A model generated the notes under the pieces. The model was not told the origin of the DNA. It worked only from the letters and a program-made list of their open reading frames with translations, and did no database searches. A stretch of DNA of 61,209 bases, counting the filler, from Globobulimina sp. (lineage: Eukaryota), in NCBI GenBank assembly GCA_003354225.1. It is 12 parts of 12 records of this genome, joined end to end, with 100 filler letters (N's around TTAATTAATTAA, not from the genome) between each part and the next. Parts side by side here need not be neighbours in the genome. Positions count along the whole stretch, not along the records: positions 1 to 5,016 come from PIVH01000771.1; positions 5,117 to 10,132 come from PIVH01000772.1; 10 more parts are not named here. One strand, given 5' to 3'. Both the position numbers and the translations under genes were made by a program. The stretch's first letter is position 1. Each line of letters begins with the position of its first letter. Below, in pieces: positions 1 to 10,232 of the stretch.

Positions 1-1421
1 CTATATTAAATTGACTATATCTGCACATATAGCCACTGTTACTGCCATTGCTGTGATCTGCAATGTATACATCACCGCCAATATCCTCATGCACTGTGAC
101 CGCAGAATCATAAAAACCATATCCCAACACCGTCGTATCTCTGATTTGGAGTGTTTTCGCGATACAAGCGAATTGAATATCGAGCTGATAAAATCCCTGA
201 TTGCTACCTGTAGCTGCTGTGGAATTACTAATCAATAACACATCTCCCAATACCGCACCAAAAATAAACGAGCCGTTATTAGAATGTTGAAACCCGCGGT
301 ATATATCACTAACAAATGTGACATTGCCCAGAACTGTAGCACTTATATTAAGTGTTGCTTTATAAAATCCATAAGTACCATTTGAAAATGCAGTAAAACT
401 GTTTATTGCATACAGCTCGCCACTCGACAATGTCGGCAAACAATACACTTTTAAATATCTGCTGCCACCGTCCCAGAATGCCCTATTCGCCAAGGCTCGG
501 ATAATAATATTCGCGTTGTTCTGCGAAGCATATAAATGGAGATGCATCGCTTCGTAAGCACCAGAAATAACAGATATTGTGTAAGACTCATTGGTAATGA
601 ATGAGTGGTCCGCGTACACGGTCGCATCCATAAAGTCAATGACACTCGAACTCGGATTGACGCTCTCGATATTCCAGTCGCCGTGATCTGTGCCATAATA
701 TTCGAAAAATCTGAACGAAGGGTGATCAGAGTACAGCCGGACTGGAGCACGGTAGTACGGATTGATAGTGCCAGGTTTATCGATGCTGAAATATGGATTA
801 TGCGTAAATATGTTTCTCACCACTACGTTATCAAAGGCGTAGGGTCGAAATGCTTGCAATGTGACTCTGGTGGAATAGTCTTCGAATATTTGACAGGAAT
901 CAAGCTGGTTAGTTGCTGATGTACCGGTTTCTCCGCCAACGATGGTTAACTGACTGCCTTCGCCGTACGGAGCGAATATTTTGCAATCTCTCATACCGCT
1001 ACTACCTATTTTACAGAAACAGATTGCAGTTTTTATGGAATCTGTTGTGTAAATCAGTGCGTGACAGACCTGTTGCTGCAATCTTCAATTTGGCACCGTT
1101 TTGATTGTGTGCGTAAATGGTGCCGTTTTGTAATGCGGTGGAACCATACACTGTGATATTGATAGTTGTGGAGAAGTGGGTGAAGATTGTGCTTTCATAG
1201 GCTGCGGTATTTCCAATTATATTGATGATACATTCACCTGTTCCTGCTGCTGGACAGGAAATGTTGGTTTCACGACAGCTTGACGTAGCAACGCAATTTA
1301 TAATACATGGGAATGATGCACAAGCGGCAGGGGTGTAATCAGTGGCGAAGCGATTGATAGTTTCACTTATTGTTATGGTGATTAATGTGGACAGGAGGAA
1401 TAAAAAATGCCTTGGTGCCAT
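1..1421 (-). CDS. Secreted Cys-rich surface protein, 3'-partial; intron 1006-1069
   Basis: ATG at 1421 gives a signal peptide (MAPRHFLFLLSTLITITIS) and a Cys pattern (CIINC...SCRETNISCP...ECIINI). After a 64-nt GT..AG intron the frame stays open to base 1; the ORF track misses this exon. Confidence 0.8.
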
Positions 1422-1437
1422 GTTGCATACAAAAGGA

Positions 1438-3210
1438 TTAGAACTGAAAGTTTTTGAATAATTCAACACAATGATAAAAATAAAATAAAAAAATAATCGA
1501 ACACAAACACGTCGCCAACAAAAACCATTCAACGTCGGTATATTTTTCGAGCGAAACGTCCTCCAAATCCTCATCATCCTTCGTCAAAATGCCAACCAAT
1601 AAAAAAAACAGTCCCAACACGAGATTGTACGCAGAAGTCGGGATTCCATAGCCAGTGCCCACCAATTTGGAAGGAATTGTGACTGCAAAGGCGGGCCAAA
1701 TCACTGCGCAAAACACAGAATATCCAATGCCTAATCCGACCAATCCCGCCAATGGCAGCAAATCCTTGTTCTCCGGATCAATGCCAACGTCGTCGGGAGT
1801 TAACCACCCTAAAATATAATGCGATATTGTCAAAATAACAGTTGCTATCAACAATAATTCGCAGCGTCTGCCTAATTTGTCAACGCCAAATCCAATGACA
1901 GGCGTTATGACCGCCGACACAATGTAGGGGATCATCAGATATTCATTTGCTTTGTGGTGACTGTACTCGTACTTGACCTGCATGTAACTGCCACCGATCT
2001 TCATCCACGGCACCACGCAGCCATACTGAAAGCAGCAATTTACCACAAGCAGCCAATAGCGAGTGTCAAACCGCTTGAAATCGCTGAATCTGAATTTGTT
2101 CGCCTCCACCGAGTTCACCCCTAAGTTGGAGTATTCGTTGTGAGTCACTATGGAACCTATATCCGTTGAATCACCCGTATCATCCTTATTATTCATGCCA
2201 TTGTCCTCATGAGCTGCAGCTGTATGGACGTGTACCGGCATGGAAGCAGAGCCATCCATCAATGTGTGATCCAGCTCGGGCACCGCCATTGAAAAGTCAT
2301 ATTTCGACGCCATTGAGATTTCCATTCTGGCCGACATATCCATCTCATCATCCAAAGTCTCCTGAATCGCATCGTAACCAAAACCAATCTCATTCGTAGT
2401 CGTCGTTGATATTAATTTGGTCGTCATGTCAATCTCCGATAAGGCGCTGCGACCATCCATGTCACCATCGTCCGCTAGCGACACTTGATAGATACTGTGT
2501 TTATATTTTGTCTTCTTCTCAAAAAATACGCGGTACGCTATCAACATTGACAGTATCAGCAAACAAATGGGCATCAATACAAATGCTCCCATCGCCATTG
2601 AGAAAACCACGCCTTTCAAGTGGTAAAACTCGTATGTTAAGACGTCATTTGCTGCAGAGCCCAGCCGCGAAAATGATAAATTGAAACCCAATGCGAATGA
2701 CAATTCTTTGCCGAAAAAGTATTCGTATAATAATGGTGTTTCTGCCATGGCAAAGGACTCCGCAGAGATGCCATAGAAACATCTGCCAATCAGCATCACT
2801 GCGAAATTGTTCTCGTGAATGCCCAACACAAAGATGCCATTTCCTATTACCATTCCGGTGTAGAGTGCGATCAACATCTTATTCACTCCTATCACATCCG
2901 TGAAAATGCCAAATATTATTGGAAATATGACATTGGGCCAGGCGTACGCCGAAAACTATAATATGGTCATTTGTGTGGTTGATGTAGTGCTTTGTGGCTT
3001 GCATATAGTAAAAACAAACCAGTAAAAACAAACCAGTAAATTATATTCCACATTGGATAAGTCCCATGGTTCGTGTTGTAGTGGTTCTTGTAGAGCAACG
3101 GGCGTATCGTAAGTGTACATATAGGAAAACATGCACAGCGATAGGACAATAAATACTGTCCAACGGATTGGTACAGGACAAATTTGGTAGCCCAGGATTG
3201 TTATTGTCAT
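1438..3210 (-). CDS. MFSD1: MFS transporter, MFSD1-like; intron 2956-3033
   Basis: Spliced YTYDTPVALQ...YNLL|FSAYAWPNVIFP, GRCFYGISAES, FFGKELSFALG, LSFSRLGS, GFGVDKLGRR; many TM helices and a long central loop. Confidence 0.88.
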
Positions 3211-3353
3211 GGTTCAAATCCAGAAAACTTGACTGAAGTTCAACGTAAGCCTTCATTAAATCATTACATCATTACAGAGCAGCTTAGTTTCTCGCACTTT
3301 CGCAGTTTCTTTTATCGTTTGCAACGCGTGCTATATTTTTTAATTAATACAAC

Positions 3354-3935
3354 ATGGAACAATGTATGGAAAATCCAGGTAGAACAAATGAAGGGACCCA
3401 GTCGTTTGATTCGTGGATTGAAGAAAATGGATTAGAAGTGATAAAGGATGTATTTGTGGAATGTAAGATGAATAATTTGTGTTCTGTTCATAAAGAAAAC
3501 CAGAATTTTATGAAATTATTGACAAATGAAAAAGTATTAAATAAACCATATTTAATTCAAAACATACTGATTGGGTTAAAAGAGCTGCAGTTAAAAAGGA
3601 AAATATATTTAATGTCTGAAAAATTGAAAGCACAGTCACAACACATTAAAAATTTGAATGCAATGATTTGTGAGTTTCGCAAGAAATGGAAAAATCAACA
3701 AACTGACATTGGATCATTGAAAAGAAACGCTAAACATTCCAAAGCAACAATTGATGTGTTGCGAAATAAGAAAAGAAGCATGTTTGTTACGATGTGTATT
3801 ACAATATTTGTTATAATTTTGGCGTTGATGGCGGAGTTTGGAGGATTTGGTATCAATGACATTGTCTGTGTTAATGTTTGTGTTGGACTCATGTTATTTG
3901 TAATATACAAAGTGTTTAAAATTAATACTGTTTGA
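3354..3935 (+). CDS. Hypothetical coiled-coil protein with C-terminal TM helices and possible SAM-like N-terminus
   Basis: 193-aa ATG ORF with a coiled coil followed by two hydrophobic segments. Confidence 0.65.
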   Translation: MEQCMENPGRTNEGTQSFDSWIEENGLEVIKDVFVECKMNNLCSVHKENQNFMKLLTNEKVLNKPYLIQNILIGLKELQLKRKIYLMSEKLKAQSQHIKNLNAMICEFRKKWKNQQTDIGSLKRNAKHSKATIDVLRNKKRSMFVTMCITIFVIILALMAEFGGFGINDIVCVNVCVGLMLFVIYKVFKINTV

Positions 3936-3991
3936 ACGACTTCGATTCAACGTTTAAATAAACAAAGGGTGACTGGGACAGTGGGTGATGT

Positions 3992-4609
3992 TCAATGGAA
4001 TTCATCATCAGAAGGCTCTTCTGATGCAGTCCTTGCTCGTTGTTCTGGTGTTTGACCGCAAAACATAAATTCCACCAAATACTTATCATTTTTCCTGTTC
4101 ATTTTGATGTTTTTAGTTTCAATTTCTTTCATCTTTTCATCTCCATCTCCATCTCCATCCTCATCATTTTTATCATTGCTCTTTGTTTGAGCGATACAAA
4201 TCGAGTTAAATTGATCCAACACAGATAACATTTTATTATAATCCGTCAATCTGTTTATTAACTCGGATTCATCGTATTTATTCGCAAAGTGATCCTCATT
4301 ATTGGTATAATACTTATTTGTGTCCTCGATAATTTGTGGCATTTTCTTAATTCCTATGGTTTCACAATCAAAATGTCCGTGGCCAGGTTGCACAGTAAAT
4401 TTACTTAATTGCAAACCAATTCCTTTTTCAATGTCACTCTGAATGTTTAATAATTGAGATGAAACCACACTGAATTCATTTAACACAGTGCTCCAATCAC
4501 TATTCGGTCTTCGCAGCTCTTGCATGGTTTTACTAATTCCTTTGGATAATTCTTGAGCTCTATGCCGTAATGCATATAAATCTTTGTCCAAAGGCCTCGG
4601 AGACGTCAT
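3992..4609 (-). CDS. MED8: Mediator complex subunit 8
   Basis: LYALRHRAQELSKGI...DWSTVLNEFSVVSSQL matches the Med8 N-terminal pattern; probable ATG at 4609. Confidence 0.75.
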   Translation of the reverse strand: MTSPRPLDKDLYALRHRAQELSKGISKTMQELRRPNSDWSTVLNEFSVVSSQLLNIQSDIEKGIGLQLSKFTVQPGHGHFDCETIGIKKMPQIIEDTNKYYTNNEDHFANKYDESELINRLTDYNKMLSVLDQFNSICIAQTKSNDKNDEDGDGDGDEKMKEIETKNIKMNRKNDKYLVEFMFCGQTPEQRARTASEEPSDDEFH

Positions 4610-4674
4610 GTTAACAACAGTTTTTTTTTTAGTTAGCTCTGCCTTACAAATCAAAACTAACTGTTTCAATCACA

Positions 4675-5016
4675 ATGCCATCGGGGTTTGTTCGGTGTTT
4701 TTACTCATTTTAAATATTATGCATTCATAAATAATTATAATATTTAGAAAAAGAAGCAAAGGCAAGAAAAAATCCAAAGCCAATGCAAAAAATAAAAATA
4801 AAAAGAAAAAAAATACAAAGTCAACAACAAGTAACATAGCAGAGATTGCGGAAAACAAAAACGAATCAGATGGCGAAGATGATGAATATTTTCGATCCGA
4901 ACACTATTTAAGAATTAATAAAAAATCAAGGTCAAAAGCAAGATTTACAACAATCGATTGCTTATCTTCGCAAGTTAAGTATTTAAAGTTTAATATAAAT
5001 ATATTTCCGAAGCACG
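4675..5016 (+). CDS. 5' part of an intron-containing Lys-rich protein, partial, head-to-head with MED8
   Basis: ATG CCA TCG GGG TTT GTT CG, a short GT..AG intron, then KRSKGKKKSK...ESDGEDDEYFRSEHYLKEL. Confidence 0.5.
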
Positions 5017-5118
5017 NNNNNNNNNNNNNNNNNNNNNNNNNNNNNNNNNNNNNNNNNNNNTTAATTAATTAANNNNNNNNNNNNNNNNNNNNNNNNNNNN
5101 NNNNNNNNNNNNNNNNTA

Positions 5119-5860
5119 ATCCATTCGGAATGGTGTAATCCATTACTATTTTACCAGTTTAAAAATATTACCACTTTAACAATTTTTCCTATTATATTAA
5201 TTACTTTTAGTTTTACTATGTAAAGCAATTTATTCTTTTACTTTTTTCTTTTTCTCTGTTTAAACAAAATTGAATATAACAATGGATCAATTAAATGTAT
5301 TCTTAAAATTAAGTTATGTTTTATTCCAATGTTTTTTTCTGTTTCTTTGTTTTTATTATTCTTTTTATCATTTGATTGGGATGCAAATTATTTAAACATT
5401 TTACAAATTTATGTCTATTTTATATTTATTCCCTTTTATGTTCCCTATACATTAAACCATTTACTTTTTTATCCTATGACTGTTTGATTTATTTGATTTG
5501 TATACAACAACTATGTGTTATTATATATGTGTGTTTCACTCATATATTTAGTAAATCCCCTGTGGATAAGTAGTAACGTGAATTATTGTGTGTATTTAAT
5601 TAAATTAAAACCCTTGCAGTCTTAGGTCAATATAGGCCTGGAACATCAAAAAAAAATTGATAAAAAAAGCAAGTTCAAAATATGTGAATGTCATTTTTCT
5701 GAAAGTTGACATTGATGAATGTCTTGATTCCGCGGATGACTACGGAGTAAAAAATCTGCCGACAATAAAATTTATCAAAAACGGGAAAATAATTGGCGAA
5801 TTAGTTGGTGCCGGAGGTGCTGCCAAATTTGAAGACACACTCAAAAAACATTGTGGATAG
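5119..5860 (+). CDS. Thioredoxin-like protein; C-terminal exon about 5636-5860, possible active-site remnant IHSEWCNP at 5119-5142
   Basis: KYVNVIFLKVDIDE...YGVKNLPTIKFIKNGKIIGELVGA is a typical thioredoxin C-terminal half. Splicing to the upstream WCNP is unresolved. Confidence 0.7.
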
Positions 5861-6092
5861 TATCCTTGCACATGATTTTATATTATATTTAACCTAATTT
5901 GAGTTCTTCAAAACGTCAAACTCGTTAATCGTAAATAGAGTAAAAAATAAAAATAACTAGTACTACCTTTTCACACTAGGACTGACATAATAAAACAATA
6001 ATAAACAAACAAAAACACACACACTGAGATCTTTTGTTTGCCACCATAATAATATGAAATAGTACATACTCATTGTAGTACATACTCACTAT

Positions 6093-7571
6093 TTATGTAT
6101 TTTTTTTCCTCCAATCTTTCATCAGTATATAATCGTGGCCAAATAAGATTTGTTTTAAAACATCTATTTTGGACATTCGTTGGATTGATTTGTCAAAAAT
6201 TAAAATATCTAATTGAATATCTACATATATTAAAACACCAATAACTAATCTTAAAATAGAATTGATTGATTGAGATAAAGTGAAATATTCACCATGATTT
6301 GCAATAAAAAGCCATCCAAATCCGTATAAATAAACCAATAGTATAAAAAAGGCAGAGTACCAATCATAAATAAATTGTTGTATTGAATGCTTTGCTGTGT
6401 GCTGCATGAGCGGCACATATGATTTAAAATACATATTCATTACTAAATATTCTACCAATTTATACAACGAAGCAGCAATAATCAACAAAATAATGTTAAA
6501 TATTTCAAAATTACTGTTTGAATTGAAGTTATTGCAATAAATTTGTAAGTATACTTCCGCAATAATTAGACATGATATTCGAGAGCCAATCCATCCATCG
6601 ACAATTATTCGCAATATATCACGATATAAAAAAATAGCAAAAAACCACAACATCATAAAAAAAAATGTTATTTCCAATCCGTTGTAATTCATTGAAAATC
6701 GATACATTTTCCAATAATAAATGCTAAGCATAAAACATAATAATGGTTTAAATAAACAATAAATTATATATAAACATAGAGGATTTGCAAACTGCCAATA
6801 TGACGAATGTACAGAATTTCGCAATAATTGTAAATTATTAAAATTTAAATGTGGCATAAGATAATAATTACGGTGAACACAACACCATTTTTGAAATGGA
6901 TATAATAATTCAAACGGATACGATGAGGACGGTAATTTCAACACATTTTTAAGAACAATCCATTTTTGACAATATTCATTTTTATAATTTAAATATAACG
7001 CTGCCAAACATCCGGTTAATTGTAATGTTGATGTTATTGACAATAAAAAGCCAAATAGTTCATGATCTGTGTATAAATATTCATATTCATACTCCTCATT
7101 ATATGTGTAATTAATGCCATATTTATCAATACTGATTATATTGAATAAAGCACTGAAAAACACACAATTTGGTGGTAATAATAATAATGTAACCAATAAT
7201 ATAAAGTATATTAAATTTAAAATTTGGGGTATTATGTATTGATATTTCGATAAGTCTTTGTGCATTGACAGTATATGCTCATAGTAATCATTGCTAAATC
7301 TCAATATCTCCATTAATATTTCTGCGGGAATCTCCAAATCAGCGTAATTATCATCTGTCACATGCCTTAATTTTTTTATCTTTCTTTTTTGTCGTTTCAC
7401 TTTGGTTTTGAAATTGATTCGGTCCGTATTAATATTCATTTTATTTAAGCCTATTTCATCCAAAAGATGTATCAATGGGGATCGGAAAAATTGCATTTGA
7501 TTCCATTTCACTATTAAAGTCCTTCTGATTTCATATACTGAGCATGATGACATTGAAAATATTTTAATCAT
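6093..7571 (-). CDS. Multipass membrane protein with an F-box-like segment (LEIPAEILMEILRF)
   Basis: 492-aa ORF with many hydrophobic helices. Confidence 0.7.
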   Translation of the reverse strand: MIKIFSMSSCSVYEIRRTLIVKWNQMQFFRSPLIHLLDEIGLNKMNINTDRINFKTKVKRQKRKIKKLRHVTDDNYADLEIPAEILMEILRFSNDYYEHILSMHKDLSKYQYIIPQILNLIYFILLVTLLLLPPNCVFFSALFNIISIDKYGINYTYNEEYEYEYLYTDHELFGFLLSITSTLQLTGCLAALYLNYKNEYCQKWIVLKNVLKLPSSSYPFELLYPFQKWCCVHRNYYLMPHLNFNNLQLLRNSVHSSYWQFANPLCLYIIYCLFKPLLCFMLSIYYWKMYRFSMNYNGLEITFFFMMLWFFAIFLYRDILRIIVDGWIGSRISCLIIAEVYLQIYCNNFNSNSNFEIFNIILLIIAASLYKLVEYLVMNMYFKSYVPLMQHTAKHSIQQFIYDWYSAFFILLVYLYGFGWLFIANHGEYFTLSQSINSILRLVIGVLIYVDIQLDILIFDKSIQRMSKIDVLKQILFGHDYILMKDWRKKNT

Positions 7572-7690
7572 CTGACTTTCGGAGGTTTAGTTTTTGTTTT
7601 TGTCTGTTACTTCACTTCGACTAATAGCTTATTCACAGTGGTACAAACAAAAATTTGTACTTCTTAGAAACAATAAAATCGACCATTAAA

Positions 7691-9826
7691 ATGAGTGCAC
7701 CAACATACAGAGGGACCTATGATTGGGAGTTGGATGGAGAAACATTAAAAAAATTCAAGAAAGGCAAAACCGGCGACGAATTTAAATCACCCGAATTTGA
7801 GATTGGTCCATTAATAAAATGGCATTTACGAAGTAATCCGAATGGCACAGAGGAGAACGATGCAGGTAATTGCCAGTTACATTTAGTATTATCATCCTAT
7901 CCAATTCATTTTACAAATATTATAATATTTTACCAATTGCATTGCGCACAAACCGCCTCCAATTTCAGCGCCATTAAATCGTTTAAAAAAGTGGATGAGA
8001 GCGTGGTTTGGTTTCGTGGCGTATTTCGAAACGATGAGTTAATAAATTTACCAGAAACAGTTAAAAAATTAGCGTTCCAATGCAGTATAAACATATTAAG
8101 ATTAGAAAGCGGAGAAAATGTATTATTTGAATACCCGCTGGACATTGATTTTAAGAAGAAATCGCAATTTGTATTAGATTGGAAGATTAAGGATGATATG
8201 TTGCAGAAATTCCAGACTGCCAAGCATGGCAAATTCGTCTCTGACAATACCATCCATGATAATATGTGGAGTCTACAATGTGCGCCAAATGGCTACAGAG
8301 CCAACGACCATGGCTCTGTCCGATTATTTATGCAATTATGCGCATTGCCACCCGGCATAAAATCAGTACATTTGAGCCGCAAATTAGAATGTATTGATAA
8401 GGAAGTTACACGGGCGAAGACCAAAGATTTGCCATGGGGCTATGACACGGCTACGGCGGATATTGCTATGGCTGATAAAAGCAATACAAATAATAAGCAG
8501 CGACAGAATAGTGGCTGGAGCAGAACCGCATTGCTACGGAGATGTGTCTCGCATTTGGATGAAATTAATTTTCGCGCTACCATCGATATTAAGGGCTATA
8601 CCACCTACGATGGCAAAAAAATAAATATTGCCGCCGCTGGGAAAAAAAGAAAACGGTCCTCGGCGACGACTGCACCAAAGATAGATGTAAACGACATGGA
8701 AGTGGATGGTGAGGAGAAAAAAGAGGCGGAGGATGGGGATGATTTTGGTAAGAAACCGCCAAAAAAGAAAAGGAAAACGTCGACCAAAGATACAGACAAA
8801 AAGAAGAAAAAAAGTGAGAAAGAAGAGCAAGAGTCAGAAGAGGATGGTGATGGTGGCAGCGATATGGACGTGACTGATATTAAACGGATAGAAGTGGACA
8901 ATAACATTAGTGGCGGATATGAATGGAGATTAAGTAATGATTTGTTGCGCCAATTTAAGACTGCTAAATATCGCAAAGTATGGCAATCTGAGGAGTTTAC
9001 AGTGTGCGATTTAAAATGGGTCATTGAGGTCTATCCCGCTGGGCAGCGTAAGAAGGACAAGGATGATGGCTCCGCGTGTGTCTTATTGACAATGGTCAGT
9101 GAATTGGACGAGGCTATCGGCAAAATGGGTGTTTGTTGGACATTATATGTTAAACCAGCGGGGTTATCCTATACAACCATCTCAGAGTTTACAGGCAGTA
9201 ATAACTCCTTTGGTTGTGATGCTCTTTTATCTCAAAATGAAGTGAAAGCATTGAAGAATACCTTTGAAGAGAAAGTAATGATTGGCTGTAAGTTGACCGT
9301 GTTGAATAGCATCGAGACGAAAGATTTGAAAGCAAAGATTTATAAACAAATCTATCCATTAAAAATCAAGAATAATGAGGATGGGATCAGTGGTGCGGAC
9401 AATGAGTTTTTTTCGAAGCACTGCGCGTTTGGATGGGACATTGATGAGAATTTGATGAAGCAATTTAAGGCTGCACCGATTGGGAAATATTTTGAGTCGT
9501 CGCGGTTGAATGGAAATATGTGGAGTTTACGATGTGCCCCAAATGGGGAAAGGAAAGAAGATGAAGGGAATGTTGCGTTGGTGTTGCAATTAAATGCATT
9601 TCCTGCAGGTATTGGAAAAATGAAAGTTGAATTTAAATTAAAATGCAGTGAGGCAAAGACCAGTGGTCTTTTGGTGCATAATTATACCATCGCTAAATCT
9701 GAGGCTGGATGGAATTGTAAATTAAAAAAATCAGAGATTGAGTCATTCAATTCATTGACATTTAAAGCATTTGTTGACATTACAATGTTTTATGATACTA
9801 AATATAAACGTATTAAAACATTATAA
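7691..9826 (+). CDS. Tandem MATH/TRAF-like domain protein (4 copies) with a central acidic/basic NLS-like linker
   Basis: Four repeats of W-x-[LI]...FKxAxxG..F.S...W.L...P[NA]G...L.L; KKRKR and KKKRK motifs in the linker. Confidence 0.8.
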   Translation: MSAPTYRGTYDWELDGETLKKFKKGKTGDEFKSPEFEIGPLIKWHLRSNPNGTEENDAGNCQLHLVLSSYPIHFTNIIIFYQLHCAQTASNFSAIKSFKKVDESVVWFRGVFRNDELINLPETVKKLAFQCSINILRLESGENVLFEYPLDIDFKKKSQFVLDWKIKDDMLQKFQTAKHGKFVSDNTIHDNMWSLQCAPNGYRANDHGSVRLFMQLCALPPGIKSVHLSRKLECIDKEVTRAKTKDLPWGYDTATADIAMADKSNTNNKQRQNSGWSRTALLRRCVSHLDEINFRATIDIKGYTTYDGKKINIAAAGKKRKRSSATTAPKIDVNDMEVDGEEKKEAEDGDDFGKKPPKKKRKTSTKDTDKKKKKSEKEEQESEEDGDGGSDMDVTDIKRIEVDNNISGGYEWRLSNDLLRQFKTAKYRKVWQSEEFTVCDLKWVIEVYPAGQRKKDKDDGSACVLLTMVSELDEAIGKMGVCWTLYVKPAGLSYTTISEFTGSNNSFGCDALLSQNEVKALKNTFEEKVMIGCKLTVLNSIETKDLKAKIYKQIYPLKIKNNEDGISGADNEFFSKHCAFGWDIDENLMKQFKAAPIGKYFESSRLNGNMWSLRCAPNGERKEDEGNVALVLQLNAFPAGIGKMKVEFKLKCSEAKTSGLLVHNYTIAKSEAGWNCKLKKSEIESFNSLTFKAFVDITMFYDTKYKRIKTL

Positions 9827-10232
9827 AAACATAAATTTTTTATAACCATAATTATCCAACGAACTTTTCTGTCTTGCTGCTAGTGAGAGCATCATGGTAA
9901 CACTTTGCTTTTCGTTATGCCTTATGAGTCTGATGCAAATGCTTTCGACACGAATTGTTGACTTCAACATTGACCATTTACTCGACAAGATTCCAAGCGA
10001 ATTTGTGCCTGACACTAACAGGGAGAAGACATCACATGACCTATCAGCAGTTGCTGTTGTATCATCAGGCGGACAGTCAGATTGTCCTCAACTCGCAATT
10101 GTAAAGGGTTTCATATAATTGTGATTTCTAATNNNNNNNNNNNNNNNNNNNNNNNNNNNNNNNNNNNNNNNNNNNNTTAATTAATTAANNNNNNNNNNNN
10201 NNNNNNNNNNNNNNNNNNNNNNNNNNNNNNNN

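Noticed and set aside
3205-3230. GGTTCAAATCC resembling a tRNA T-loop / B-box
   Set aside because: There is no cloverleaf or acceptor stem; it sits at the MFS start codon.
6060-6088. 13-bp direct repeat TAGTACATACTCA just past a stop codon
   Set aside because: It is a simple local slippage duplication with no other support.
9821-10132. Short ORFs at the end of contig 2, one preceded by an in-frame TGA (possible selenoprotein)
   Set aside because: There is no recognisable domain, no redox motif around the TGA and no SECIS that I can support.
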